Made by a program: the position numbers and the translations under genes. From Deltaproteobacteria bacterium (GTDB lineage Bacteria > Myxococcota_A > UBA9160 > SMWR01), in the NCBI GenBank assembly GCA_032128375.1, contig JAQBGU010000188.1:1-64000 (forward strand): a stretch of DNA of 64,000 nt, given 5' to 3'. The notes under the pieces were generated by a model. The model did no database searches and was not told where the DNA came from. It worked only from the letters and a program-made list of their open reading frames with translations. Below are positions 50,962 to 61,517 of this stretch, in pieces (position 1 is the stretch's first letter; each line of letters begins with the position of its first letter).

Positions 50962-51732
50962 GTGGACGCTGTTTTGAGGGGAAAGGTCGCGCTCGTCACC
51001 GGTGTAACCCGGAAGGCGGGAATCGGGGCCGCGATCGCTCTTGAACTCGCCTCCGCTGGCGCGAGCTTGTTCATCTCCCAGTTCCGGTCCTACGATCAGA
51101 ATCAGCCGTGGGGGGTGACCGAAGATGAACCGGAACAGATCCGAGAGAATCTTCGAGCCGCCGGTGCCGATGTCGAATCGCTGGAAATCGACCTGGCAGA
51201 TCCGAACTCGGCACGCGTATTGATGGAACTTGTGCGAAACCGGTTTGGCCGCGTTGATATCCTCGTCAACAACGCGGCGCATTCGGAAACGGGTGGAATC
51301 GACCAGCTGGATGCCGCGCAGCTGGATCGCCATTATGCGGTCAACCTCCGCGCTCCCGCGCTTCTGTGCGTCGAACTCGCCCGACACCACGAAAAGGGCC
51401 GCCCGGCGCGAATCATCAATGTTACATCGGGCCAAGGTCTGAGGCCGATGCCCAGCGAGCTCGCGTATGCGGCCACCAAGGGCGGGCTCGACGCATTGAC
51501 GTTGAGTATGAGTGCCTCTCTCGCTCCGCTCGGGATCACGATCAACACGGTCGACCCCGGCGCTACCGACACCGGCTGGATGAGCACAGACTTCAAACAA
51601 TCCCTGGAGCGCGACTCGCCGATGAGTCGCGTGGGACTACCCAGTGATCTCGCGCCCCTCGTCCGGTTCCTTGCATCTGACGAGAGCGGTTGGATCACCG
51701 GCCAGCTGATTCGCTCGCGCGGTGGAAGCTAG
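50962..51732 (+). CDS. SDR family oxidoreductase
   Basis: VALVTGV...GIG, ILVNNAA, YAATK, VDPGATDTGWM, WITGQ. Confidence 0.93.
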   Translation: MDAVLRGKVALVTGVTRKAGIGAAIALELASAGASLFISQFRSYDQNQPWGVTEDEPEQIRENLRAAGADVESLEIDLADPNSARVLMELVRNRFGRVDILVNNAAHSETGGIDQLDAAQLDRHYAVNLRAPALLCVELARHHEKGRPARIINVTSGQGLRPMPSELAYAATKGGLDALTLSMSASLAPLGITINTVDPGATDTGWMSTDFKQSLERDSPMSRVGLPSDLAPLVRFLASDESGWITGQLIRSRGGS

Positions 51733-51796
51733 AGCGCAGTACGATTCGACGGAGAACCAGCCCGTTAGTATTGTTGGTATCTCACACGGAGGGTTC

Positions 51797-52315
51797 ATGT
51801 CCGATCACGCGCTTCGGCCCCTGGCGAGTCGGCCAGACCCGGCGGGATATTTTCTGACGGCGGGAGAAGGCACTGGACTCCTGCCATACAGCCACGCAAC
51901 CCAACAACTCGAGCGCGCTCGGAACTACTGGCTTGCCACAGCGGGACTCGACGGCCGACCCCATTGCATGCCAGTCTGGGGCATCTGGATCGATGAGCGA
52001 TTCGTCTTCAGCACAGGCCCCGTCACGAAAAAGGCTCGAAACCTCGCAGAGAATCCAGCTGCAGTGCTCCACCTCGAAAGCGGCGCCCAGGTAGTCGTGC
52101 TGGAGTGCTCAGCCCGGGAAGTGACCGAGCCGCATGCGCTCGAGGCGTTTCGAATCGCATACAACACGAAGTACGCATGGGATTTCACACCAGAGCAGCT
52201 GTCGGGAGGGGGCGTGTTCGAACTACGACCGACAAAGGCGTTCGCATGGTGTGGCGACCACGACGAAGAGTTCTCCGGAACCGCTACACGCTGGACGTTC
52301 CCCGACCCTGAATAA
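51797..52315 (+). CDS. Pyridoxamine 5'-phosphate oxidase-like (split beta-barrel) protein
   Basis: ARNYWLAT...DGRPHCMPVWG, KKARNLAENP, ATRW. Confidence 0.88.
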   Translation: MSDHALRPLASRPDPAGYFLTAGEGTGLLPYSHATQQLERARNYWLATAGLDGRPHCMPVWGIWIDERFVFSTGPVTKKARNLAENPAAVLHLESGAQVVVLECSAREVTEPHALEAFRIAYNTKYAWDFTPEQLSGGGVFELRPTKAFAWCGDHDEEFSGTATRWTFPDPE

Positions 52316-52607
52316 CGACCAGACTCTGCCTCCATCGGGCGGACTCGAAGTGCGCCAAGCTGGATGCATCCGGTGCTTCCGAACCTTCCAGGCTTCTGGA
52401 TGATCAGCCAACTGGCAACCTGAGCGCAGGCCAGTTCCGCATCCAGCGGTTACTGTCTGCTATGTCTGCTGGTGAGGCCCAGCTGGCCGCTCGCCCCTCT
52501 TGTGAACCAAGGAGTCCCTATGACCTTGTGGCTCGATCCGTGGCGACTGCGGGTATTTCCGGGCACAGCGCTACTCGAACAACGCGGCGAATTCTGACCT
52601 GGAGCGA

Positions 52608-53138
52608 ATGAAGTTGGTTCCTACACCACTCGGCCAAGAGAATGCACTCATCGTCGTCGCAGAAATCGCGATCGCCCTTGCGGGCTTTTCCAGTATCGTG
52701 ATCGCGTTGCGTCGCGGCATGGACCAAGTCACATCGTTTGCGTTTATCCGGCTGTGGCGACTCATCGAGACGAGCCTCGCGACAGTGCTATTCGCACTCG
52801 TTCCGTTTGCGCTCCACTACCTCGGCGTCGGCGATTCTGTACTCTGGCCCGCAGCGAGCGCAGGCCTTTGTACCTATGTGGTGTGCGCACAGATCTACAT
52901 GTTCAATCGGTGGTGGGAACAATGGAAGTCCCCGGCGATCCCGTGGGCGTTCAACGGCCCGGTACTGGTGGTCCAATTTTCGGTCGTGGTCATGCTCGCG
53001 CTGAATGCGGCAGCAGTGGGGTTGAACGGCGACTTCGGACCCTATTTCGTCGCACTGCTTTGGTACTTGATGTTGTCCGCCTTGTATTTCGGACGCCTGC
53101 TGCTGCTTCGCCCGGCCTATGAGGATCTGCAGCCTTAG
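52608..53138 (+). CDS. Hypothetical integral membrane protein
   Basis: About 5 TM segments; AEIAIALAGFSSIV. Confidence 0.7.
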   Translation: MKLVPTPLGQENALIVVAEIAIALAGFSSIVIALRRGMDQVTSFAFIRLWRLIETSLATVLFALVPFALHYLGVGDSVLWPAASAGLCTYVVCAQIYMFNRWWEQWKSPAIPWAFNGPVLVVQFSVVVMLALNAAAVGLNGDFGPYFVALLWYLMLSALYFGRLLLLRPAYEDLQP

Positions 53139-53270
53139 CTGACCCACGATGCTCGGAGCAGTCCGTACGCGCATCGCTGACCGCTCAGGTGTGAGATCAC
53201 ATTAGTCGGCCCCCGGGTGTCGGAGTCGGCGCATCCGCTCGATGACGGCGCTAGGGTCATAGTCGACTCT

Positions 53271-53304
53271 GTGATGAGTGATGAGTGATGAGTGACGAGT
53301 GACG
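53271..53304. repeat. Tandem repeat, about 5 x 7 bp GTGA(T/C)GA
   Basis: Read directly from the sequence. Confidence 0.9.
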
Positions 53305-53309
53305 CCTGA

Positions 53310-53823
53310 TGATGGTGGCCGACCCTGATGAGATCGGCGCCGCAGTTCTCGACTACCTGGCGCAGTTCTTTTGGCTCGAACCTGCGTGCAGTCCCAGTCC
53401 ATCGTCCCGATCCGGCGCCGCGTGCACGCCGAGCAACGCGGTCCCATCGGGCAGTTTCGTCCGAAGCTCCAGCGGGAGCGCTTCTATTCTAGCCAATCGT
53501 TCCAGTTCGACCCGGCCAGGACACCCTGTGTCCACGCGAAGGTCCCTGCACACTCCACGAGCGCGCGAATCAGGCCTGGGTCTCGACTGACCTCGTCGAG
53601 GCTCGGAGGTGGGCGGTCGCAACCCGATCGGTGTTGGCACGCACCAGGCTGACGTTGGGAAGCGCGCTGAGCGTTTCCAGCACTTGCAATGGCGCTGGCC
53701 CGAGCGCCACGAGATCCCCCAAAACCCAATAAGTGTCGGCCCCCAGCGCCGGAGAATGTCTTCCAGTACCGCCTCGAGCTCTGCAATGTTGCCATGGATG
53801 TCCGAAAACCGTGCGATTCGCAA
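53310..53823 (-). pseudogene. Frameshifted metallophosphoesterase remnant
   Basis: SDIHGN, then in another frame VLGDLV and ANTD, then VHA. Frameshifted and truncated. Confidence 0.8.
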
Positions 53824-54335
53824 ACCTACTCTCCGGGCCCTGGCTTCGATCGGATGCAGTCTGACTCTGCCCTCGGCTTCGTAGCTGGCGTGCGCACAGG
53901 CGCAGAGCTCGGATCATTGGCTGATGCGGAGCTTCGTCGCTGAGTCTCAAACGGCGGGCTTCTGCGTTGTGCGGCGGACCGACGGGGACCCCGGTCTGCC
54001 CCAATCAGACACAACCGCTCGACGAACTCTTCTACGGAGATCATTTCAACCCTCCGATCGAACTGGACATGAGGCGATTCCGGAAAATTCGGGTTCGCGG
54101 TACCCACGACACCCCTGTTCAGTGCAACGCGAACCGAACTCCGGCGTCGAGATTCGCCGCGGAGCCGCGCCGATCGACTGCGATGAAGTCTGCCACATTT
54201 TCTAACCCGGGGGGGTGGGGGTCGGCACCGCAGATTCGATGTGATGTCCGTCTAACGCGAAGCCGACCGAATTTCGAAGCAACGTCGGGCAGCCAGCAAG
54301 ATACCGGTCCCGGGCCTGATACACTCGAATCTGTG

Positions 54336-54788
54336 ATGGCGATCCTCATAGACAAGATTGTGGAAGTCGACGCGCCGCAGGACCTGGTCTGGGACGTGAT
54401 CACTGACTTTCACCGCTACGGGGAGTGGAACCCATTCGTCGTGGCATGCGATTCCACGCTAAAAATCGGCGATCCGATCGAGATGCGTGTTCACGTGTTC
54501 AAGGCCTTTGCACAGCCGCAGCGGGAAATCATCTTCGAACACGAGCCGGGCAAACGCTTCTGCTACGGCGTAGCCGGGATGCCGTTTGGCGCGATGCGCA
54601 GCAACCGCTGCCACGAAGTGCGCGGTCTCGACTCGGGGCGCAGCGAGTATCGCTCGCATTTCGCGCTTTCTGGCTGGCTATCGCCCGTGGTTTCGATCCT
54701 ACTCGGTAGCCGACTTCGACGCGGATTCAACGCGATGGCCGAATCGATCCGAACCCGATCGGAACAGCTCGCGGGCAGAGCGCGCTGA
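54336..54788 (+). CDS. SRPBCC (polyketide cyclase-like) domain protein
   Basis: VEVDAPQDLVWDVITDFHRYGEWNPF; C-terminal helix GFNAMAESI. Confidence 0.88.
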   Translation: MAILIDKIVEVDAPQDLVWDVITDFHRYGEWNPFVVACDSTLKIGDPIEMRVHVFKAFAQPQREIIFEHEPGKRFCYGVAGMPFGAMRSNRCHEVRGLDSGRSEYRSHFALSGWLSPVVSILLGSRLRRGFNAMAESIRTRSEQLAGRAR

Positions 54789-54922
54789 ACTCATAGCCGC
54801 GGGAGCAGTCGACCATCGAACCGTGTGTCAACGAAAATGAGAGCGTGGATTTCACATCAGATGCGAAAAATTTCCCATCGCGCCGAAAATCAGATCCCTG
54901 AACTATTGGCTTGGATCGAGAA

Positions 54923-56008
54923 ATGAAAGAAGGCTACGACGATATCAGCAACACGGTTGTGATTCGCGCCGCGAGGAGCGACGAAGCGAGTTTGCTCAGC
55001 GAAATCGCGCTTCGTTCGAAAGCGCATTGGGCGTACTCGGAAGAGTTCATGCGGTCGTGTCGCGAAGAACTCACAGTGAAAAAGGAATGCATCGACGACA
55101 ACCCAACGTTTGTCTGCGAGCGCGAGGGGGTCGTGGTTGGCTACTACACACTGGAGCCACGCTCGCGTTTCAGAGTCGAATTGGAGCATTTGTTCGTCGA
55201 GCCGACGTCGATCGGTCGTGGCTATGGACGCCGGCTCATCGACCACGCCGTCGGACAGGCCAGAGCGGGCGGCTACCGTGTGATAGAGACACAGGCCGAT
55301 CCAAATGCCGAACCCTTTTATCTATCCTGCGGCGCCGTTCGCGTCGGCACGAAACCTTCGCAGAGCATTCCCGACCGGGCGCTCCCACTGCTCGAACTCG
55401 ACTGCGAAATCGGCGACTTCCGACTCGCCCGTCCCCACATCGACTTTCGCGATTCGTTTCTGGAGATGGCGCACGAGTTCGAGTCCGAAGGCGACGCGCG
55501 CTATTCGCTCGGGCTGTCCGACTTAGAAACTTATTTGGTCAGCGCCCGGAAACGGGCAGCGGGTGCGAACCTGCCACCGGACCGAGTCCGAATGGACGAA
55601 TGGTGGCTGATCGATGGAACCCGTGTACTCGGCGGGGGCCGACTCCGCCACAGACTGACACCGGGTCTCGAACTCGACGGTGGCCACATCGGCTACGACG
55701 TTCGCCCGTCCGCGCGCTGCAGGGGGTACGGTCATCAGATCCTCGGTCTCCTGCTCGCGAAGGCGGCCGTGAACACGCTCGACCGCGTATTGATCACCTG
55801 CGAAACGACGAACAGAGCCTCGGCGCGGATCATCGAGGCCGCCGGGGGAAGCCCGATCGACAATGCAGTGTCACCGAACACCGGAAACGAGATGCTCCGA
55901 TTCTGGGTTTCCACGACCCATTTGGCAGATCAATCCGGTGAAACGACGAGGCTCTCGAAGTCGGCGAAGTCGGCGAAGTCCGCGAAGTGCGCAAAAGCCT
56001 TGTCCTGA
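54923..56008 (+). CDS. Tandem two-domain GNAT acetyltransferase
   Basis: Domain 1: RSKAHWAY...LFVEPTSIGRGYG...ADPNAEPFY. Domain 2: GHIGYDVRPSARCRGYG...NRASARIIE. Confidence 0.85.
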   Translation: MKEGYDDISNTVVIRAARSDEASLLSEIALRSKAHWAYSEEFMRSCREELTVKKECIDDNPTFVCEREGVVVGYYTLEPRSRFRVELEHLFVEPTSIGRGYGRRLIDHAVGQARAGGYRVIETQADPNAEPFYLSCGAVRVGTKPSQSIPDRALPLLELDCEIGDFRLARPHIDFRDSFLEMAHEFESEGDARYSLGLSDLETYLVSARKRAAGANLPPDRVRMDEWWLIDGTRVLGGGRLRHRLTPGLELDGGHIGYDVRPSARCRGYGHQILGLLLAKAAVNTLDRVLITCETTNRASARIIEAAGGSPIDNAVSPNTGNEMLRFWVSTTHLADQSGETTRLSKSAKSAKSAKCAKALS

Positions 56009-56056
56009 CTTCGGAGATTTCATGGGCGAGATCAACTGGCGGAATCGGACCCGGAA

Positions 56057-56600
56057 TCAGGCCGCGACGGTCGCGTCGAAGTAGGGGCGATCTCCGTCGA
56101 CCACACAGCGCCGGACTTCGCGTTCGCGGCTCCCCGATGGCGCGGTGCACGGTGGATCGCTCGTCCCAGATTGCGAGATCGCCCGGCTTCCAGCTCCAAC
56201 GACAATGGAAGCGCGGCTGCTCGATGTGTTCTCGCACCATCCGAAGAATGGCGTCACTCTCGTGGGACTCGAGCCCAACGATGTGACGCATGAAGCCGCC
56301 GCCGAAGAAGATCGCTCGCTTGCCGGTTTCGCCACCTTGGGCGGCTGCGGGGTCGAGGTGACGTCCGTGTGCCAATTGTCGGCCGACGGCGGGCTGTCGG
56401 GTCCATCTTGAATTACCTGGAACGAGCCCTGGGTCGACCCCAATAGCTTCATCAGCGGAGCACACTGATGTCTCCCCAACGTTCCGCGAGCGCGATGTGC
56501 TGCTCATCCGACAGCTTGGTTTCGCGAAAGAACAGCACCTGGTGTTCGAGCAGTGCAGTGTGGATCTGCTCGAAGAGTTCCCCTTCGTTTGGATTCTAAC
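56057..56600 (-). pseudogene. TauD/TfdA dioxygenase remnant
   Basis: EHQVLFF, WHTDVT and WDERSTVH lie in different frames; the central part is missing. Confidence 0.8.
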
Positions 56601-56693
56601 ACGAAGCGCATCGCGCAGCGCACGCGAGCGCCGCCCGGTGCCGGTGAAAGGAGGCAACAGTGACAGTCCCGCCCTATGTTCTTCCCTGACCCG

Positions 56694-57020
56694 ATGCCTA
56701 CGATTCATTTTGCCGGACAGACAGTCGAGTGCCCCGAAGGCGCGAACCTCCGCTTCGTACTGTTGCGTGCGCGCCTGCCCCTCTACCACCGCGTCGCGCG
56801 TGCGGTCCACTGCCGAGGTCGAGGGACCTGCGGGACTTGCGCAGTGAAAATCGAGGGCGAGGTTTCGGAACCCACCAGCGCCGAACGGCTGCGCCTCTCT
56901 CTACCTCCCCACAACAGCGAATCGGGGCTGCGACTGGCCTGCCAGTGCAAGGTGCTGGGCGACCTGAAAGTCACGAAGTATCAGGGGTTGTTCGGCCAAC
57001 GGGACGAACCCATCGACTGA
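56694..57020 (+). CDS. 2Fe-2S ferredoxin
   Basis: CRGRGTCGTC and RLACQ. Confidence 0.92.
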   Translation: MPTIHFAGQTVECPEGANLRFVLLRARLPLYHRVARAVHCRGRGTCGTCAVKIEGEVSEPTSAERLRLSLPPHNSESGLRLACQCKVLGDLKVTKYQGLFGQRDEPID

Positions 57021-57108
57021 TCTCCCGGCGTTCGCGGTGTCTACTGCCGGATGAGCTCGATCCACTACCGGCTGACGCCTTTCGCCATGCCTCCGAGATG
57101 TACGCCGT

Positions 57109-57549
57109 TCAGCGGTCCGGATTCCATTCTCCAGTCGGCGGCGGCGGCCGGCCGTCGAACTCGGGAAGTTCATCGCTGGTTTCAAACCAGTCGGCCTTCT
57201 GTGCAACGAACGCGTGTCGAAACGGACGCGTACCGGGGTCGTCATCGAGGATGCCAGCCCTCAGGACCGAAAACGGCGTATCGCCGAGTCGGGCCGGCAG
57301 TGGCGCACCGCAAGTCCGACAGAACGCTACTTGATAAGCCGGAGGCTCGGATAGGATCGGCGCCTCGTATCGCGAAATGAGTTCCTCCCCTCGAACCCAG
57401 TGGAGCTGGTCTGTATACACCAACATTTCCGGAGAAAATGCCGCACCGCTGGCTTTTCGGCAGCGCAACGCGTGACAGTACTGAATCGGGGTGACCTCCC
57501 CTTCGATCTCGAACGCGACACTTCCACACAAACAGCTGCCTCGAACCAT
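57109..57549 (-). CDS. GFA family protein
   Basis: GSCLCG, YCHALRCRK, FCRTCG, KADWF. Confidence 0.88.
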   Translation of the reverse strand: MVRGSCLCGSVAFEIEGEVTPIQYCHALRCRKASGAAFSPEMLVYTDQLHWVRGEELISRYEAPILSEPPAYQVAFCRTCGAPLPARLGDTPFSVLRAGILDDDPGTRPFRHAFVAQKADWFETSDELPEFDGRPPPPTGEWNPDR

Positions 57550-57650
57550 CGGATCCCTCCAGGTCCTTCGAGTGGCCAATTCGGTCATACTATCGGAAAC
57601 CTCTTGCTTACGTACGAGCGCTGTGATCGCCCTTTTTTCTATTCGAACAC

Positions 57651-57989
57651 ATGCAACCACCGGGCGCAGAGTACCAAGGCGAGCCGACAGACATCGAGAT
57701 CAGCCCGAGCCACCCCGCAGGCTGGCTCCACCACTTCGCGTTTTGGACCGAGGGCAACGATGCCCTGCTCGAACGGCTCACCCGGGACGGGCACAATTTC
57801 GAAGTCGTGCAGCGCTACGGCACCGACCATTCGGTTCTTTCGACCCACGCGATTCCCGGCACGATGATCCAGCTGATGCATGCGACAGACGCCTACGCCG
57901 GGTTGTTCGAGATGATCCGTTCAGCCAGCACGGCCTGGGATGGCGCAAATTCGATCCGCAGTTTGGGTGGCCGCAGTTCGGGTGAATAG
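57651..57989 (+). pseudogene. Probable VOC/glyoxalase family remnant
   Basis: YQGEPTDIEIS, LHHFAFW and WDGANSIR resemble a shortened VOC protein. Confidence 0.45.
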
Positions 57990-58043
57990 CCGGATGACCA
58001 CAGGTCGGGTCGCGTAGGCCGCGCCCCCGGCTATCCTCCGGCT

Positions 58044-59324
58044 ATGTCGAATTCCGAACAATTCCCAGCCATCCGCACCGAGATCGGCGGCGTATCGATC
58101 CATCGGCTCGCCGCCGAGTTTGGAACGCCCACCTTCGTTTACGATGCCGCACGAATCCATACGCAGATCGACGCGCTGCAGGCCTTCGACGTCATTCGCT
58201 ATGCGCAAAAGGCAAGTTCGAACCTGACGATATTGGACCTGTGCCGAAAGCGCGGCGTGCTCGTCGATGCGGTCAGTGAATTCGAGATCCGTCGGGCGCT
58301 CGCGGCGGGGTATCCGGTGGCGGCGCAAGACGGCGGCCCGCCTCCGATCGTCTATACCGCGGACATCTTCGACCAGGCAGTTCTCGATCTGGTTGTTGCA
58401 CAAGGTGTGCATGTCAACTGCGGGTCCGCCCAGATGATCGATCAACTCGGCACACGCAGCCCTGGGGTTGGGATCACACTCCGCATCAATCCGGGTTTCG
58501 GTCACGGCCACAGCCAGAAGACCAATACGGGTGGTGAATCTTCTAAGCACGGAATCTGGTACGAGGATGTCCCTGACTGCGTCGAACGTGCTGCCCGATA
58601 CGGCATCCGCATTGTCGGTCTGCATATGCACATCGGTTCGGGGACGGATTTCGAGCATCTGTCTCAGGTCTGCCACGCAATGGAAACCACCGCCGAGCAG
58701 GCAGGTGAACACCTCGAGAGCATCAGTGCCGGTGGCGGACTCCCGGTTCGTTACCGCGAAGATGATCCATCGATCGACGTTGACGCGTATTTCCATCTGT
58801 GGGACAAGACGCGCAAGCGCATCGGACGACTGCTCGGGCGTCCAATCGGTCTGGAGATTGAGCCAGGGCGCTACATCAGCGCGGAGTCGGGCTACCTGAT
58901 CAGCGAAATTCGCGCCGTCAAGCAGATGGGAAAGAACCTCTTCTACCTGGTGGACGCCGGTTTCAACAACCTCCCGCGCCCGATTCTGTACGGAGCCTAT
59001 CACCCGATCTCGATCGCTCCGGCCGACCCTGCGGCAGCGACCGTGCGCGACGAAGTCGACGCCGTGGTCGGTGGCCCGCTGTGCGAGTCAGGCGACATCT
59101 TCACGCAGGAGGACGGCGGTTTCGTGGCGACCCGCAAGCTTCCGCGCGCCGAAGTCGGGGAGCACCTGGTCATCGAATGCGCGGGTGCGTATGCGTTCGT
59201 GATGGGCTCGAACTACAACTCCAAACCACTGGCCGCCGAGGTTCTGATTCGCGATGGAGAGGCACACCTGATCCGAGAGCGGCAGAGCTTCGACGATCTG
59301 ATTCGTGGTGAGCGGATTCTGTAG
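58044..59324 (+). CDS. lysA: Diaminopimelate decarboxylase
   Basis: FGTPTFVYD, YAQKA, LRINPG, HMHIGS, EPGRY, GPLCESGD, GAYAFVMGSNYN. Confidence 0.95.
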   Translation: MSNSEQFPAIRTEIGGVSIHRLAAEFGTPTFVYDAARIHTQIDALQAFDVIRYAQKASSNLTILDLCRKRGVLVDAVSEFEIRRALAAGYPVAAQDGGPPPIVYTADIFDQAVLDLVVAQGVHVNCGSAQMIDQLGTRSPGVGITLRINPGFGHGHSQKTNTGGESSKHGIWYEDVPDCVERAARYGIRIVGLHMHIGSGTDFEHLSQVCHAMETTAEQAGEHLESISAGGGLPVRYREDDPSIDVDAYFHLWDKTRKRIGRLLGRPIGLEIEPGRYISAESGYLISEIRAVKQMGKNLFYLVDAGFNNLPRPILYGAYHPISIAPADPAAATVRDEVDAVVGGPLCESGDIFTQEDGGFVATRKLPRAEVGEHLVIECAGAYAFVMGSNYNSKPLAAEVLIRDGEAHLIRERQSFDDLIRGERIL

Positions 59325-59455
59325 TCATGCTGCGGTACCCGAGCAGGACCGAACCAGTCCAAAGCAGTCGGGCAACCGTGGGTTCTCATTCGCGCGCTTT
59401 TTGCACTCGCGGCTCTGGCCGGACGCCGCACTTTTGGGGGCGAACGAAGTGGCTG

Positions 59456-59821
59456 CTAGAACTTCCCCTTGCGGCCTTTCTTCGGAAGCCCATGAGTCAG
59501 CTCCAGAGCTTTGTCGACGACTGCCTTGGCCGCTGCGTGAATGTCCGAATAGCACTCGTCCTGCAACTGGTGTTTCGCTGTACTGAAGTCTCCGGCCTTG
59601 AATGACGTGATCGCACGAGGCCGCAGCGAGAACACATGCGCCATGTTGACAGCGAGCGATGAAACCTTCGTATCAGCGGACTTCGTTTCGACTTCGCGTG
59701 GCGGGGTCTTCTTCGAAGCAGCTTTCAGCTCGGCCTTCTTGGTCGCCTTTTGCGCTGTCTTCTTGGCCGTTTTCTTGGCCGTTTTCTTCCCGATCTTCGT
59801 CGCGGTCTTGTTGGCTGCCAT
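59456..59821 (-). CDS. Basic protein with histone H1-like Lys/Ala-rich N-terminus
   Basis: KKTA repeats (also a 12-bp DNA repeat), about 65-aa globular region, basic tail KKGRKGKF. Confidence 0.75.
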   Translation of the reverse strand: MAANKTATKIGKKTAKKTAKKTAQKATKKAELKAASKKTPPREVETKSADTKVSSLAVNMAHVFSLRPRAITSFKAGDFSTAKHQLQDECYSDIHAAAKAVVDKALELTHGLPKKGRKGKF

Positions 59822-59882
59822 GCCGAGAAGAGTAGCGTGACGCGTTGTGAATTGCTGGACGCATGCGTGTAACTTCGCAGCG

Positions 59883-60278
59883 ATGAAGATCGCGCACGAA
59901 GTCGAATGGCAAGGAGGAATCGATGGTCGGCTGGTGGTCGGGGCCCCCAGGCATGAGACTCGATCCGCCAGTGAGTTTCTCGACTATGTGGAAGCCAGCG
60001 CTTCGGCCTTCGACACCGCCGAACTCGAACGCATCGGAAGCTGCGCCTACTTCGCCGCCGTTTGCGAGGTGCGCTCTACGACTGCCGGATTCGTACTGGC
60101 CGCCGCGGACCAGGTGATCAATCCTGCGACGTGGGTTTCGAGCGACGCGGCGCGCAATGCCGCGTTCCAAGCTGGAATCGCCAGGGTCCGCGACTACCTG
60201 ATCAGAATTCGCGCCGAACCCGGCGGAACACTGGCCGACGCGGCTCTGGGCTACATCAAGCTGCTTGCAGTTCCGTGA
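59883..60278 (+). CDS. Hypothetical protein
   Basis: Open frame filling the gap, divergent from the H1-like gene. No motif recognised. Confidence 0.55.
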   Translation: MKIAHEVEWQGGIDGRLVVGAPRHETRSASEFLDYVEASASAFDTAELERIGSCAYFAAVCEVRSTTAGFVLAAADQVINPATWVSSDAARNAAFQAGIARVRDYLIRIRAEPGGTLADAALGYIKLLAVP

Positions 60279-60473
60279 GAGCGTCTGGTGCACCCCGGTC
60301 GCCCAACACGGAACTGCGCACCGATCTCGATTCAGATTTATTCGGAGACCCGCTACCCATCGGGACAATCCGCGAGCCGACATCGATGGCACGTCCCTTT
60401 CTGGCATCAAGTCCGGCTGGAGGAGCCGCAATTGTGCCAGCGCCAAGCCGGTCGTTCGGGCTAGACTGGACCG

Positions 60474-60995
60474 ATGTCGACCGCGGTTCGCCTGGCACTC
60501 ATTTGTTCATTGGTCGTCCCGTGTGTGGCCTGTGACCAGGCCACGAAGGTCATCGCGACGCGCGTACTGGAAAGCGGCCCGATCGAGTTCTTCGGGGGGC
60601 TCGTGCAGTTCCGGCTGGTACACAATACGGGTGCGTTCTTGAGTCTCGGCGAGCACCTGCCAGAGAACGTTCGCGACCTGATATTTCAGGGTATTGTGCC
60701 GCTGTTGTTAGCCATCGCAGTGATTTTGCTGGCGCGCTCCATGGCGCCGACCCGCACGGCCATCGTCGGCGCGTCACTGATCTTGGGCGGCGGGCTCGGC
60801 AACTTCATCGATCGGACCATGCACGAAGGCGGCGTAGTCGACTTCGTCAGCATCGGGTTTTCTGGGCTTCACACCGGCGTGTTCAACCTCGCCGACGTTG
60901 CCATCGTCGCCGGCGTGTTGATGGTAATGTGGGAACAGCGCAAGATCCCAGATCAGGTCGAGACGACGACAACCCGCGGCCTGCTCCAAGACTAG
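60474..60995 (+). CDS. lspA: Lipoprotein signal peptidase II
   Basis: DQATK, NTGAFLS, GGLGNFIDR, VVDF, FNLADVAI. Confidence 0.95.
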   Translation: MSTAVRLALICSLVVPCVACDQATKVIATRVLESGPIEFFGGLVQFRLVHNTGAFLSLGEHLPENVRDLIFQGIVPLLLAIAVILLARSMAPTRTAIVGASLILGGGLGNFIDRTMHEGGVVDFVSIGFSGLHTGVFNLADVAIVAGVLMVMWEQRKIPDQVETTTTRGLLQD

Positions 60996-61092
60996 CCGGC
61001 CAGCAGCCGGACCCAAGATGGGTCGGACGACGTGGAAGCTTTCGCCGCGCTGCGGCGAACGGTGCGACTAGCGACGCGGGCGTATTGACGCT

Positions 61093-61473
61093 CTATGAGG
61101 TCTCCGAGGCCGCCTCCGCAATCGATTTTTCGACGACGCCGATCATGCTTGCGGCCCGCGGGTAGCCGACGTACTGGACCAGGAAAATCAGCACCTCGCG
61201 GACCTGTTCGGGTGTCAATTCTCCGTTCTTGATCGCGGCCTTCGATTGGATCCCGAACGTCATCGACTCACCCAGCGCTGCGATCGCGCCCAGTAGCAGC
61301 AGGCGGCGATCGCGCATGCTGAGCACGTCACGCGTCCAGACCTCGGCGAACAACTGTTCGAGCATGATATCGGCGAAAGCCGACTTCCCGGGCAGCGGAA
61401 TCGGAACGTCGCCGGCATAGACTTCTTTGATTTTCTCCTCGCCGCGCTTGCGCCGCTCTGAAGCTTCGGACAT
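61093..61473 (-). CDS. Carboxymuconolactone decarboxylase family protein
   Basis: FAEVWTRDVLSMRDRRLL, AIKNGELT, YVGYP. Confidence 0.88.
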   Translation of the reverse strand: MSEASERRKRGEEKIKEVYAGDVPIPLPGKSAFADIMLEQLFAEVWTRDVLSMRDRRLLLLGAIAALGESMTFGIQSKAAIKNGELTPEQVREVLIFLVQYVGYPRAASMIGVVEKSIAEAASETS

Positions 61474-61517
61474 CGTGGCTCTCCGTATGGGTCGTGTGCA
61501 GGGTTCACCGAATCCAA

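Noticed and set aside
53960..54044. Short minus-strand segment MISVEEFVERLCLIGADRGPRR
   Set aside because: It looks like the start of a lost gene but is too short to assign.
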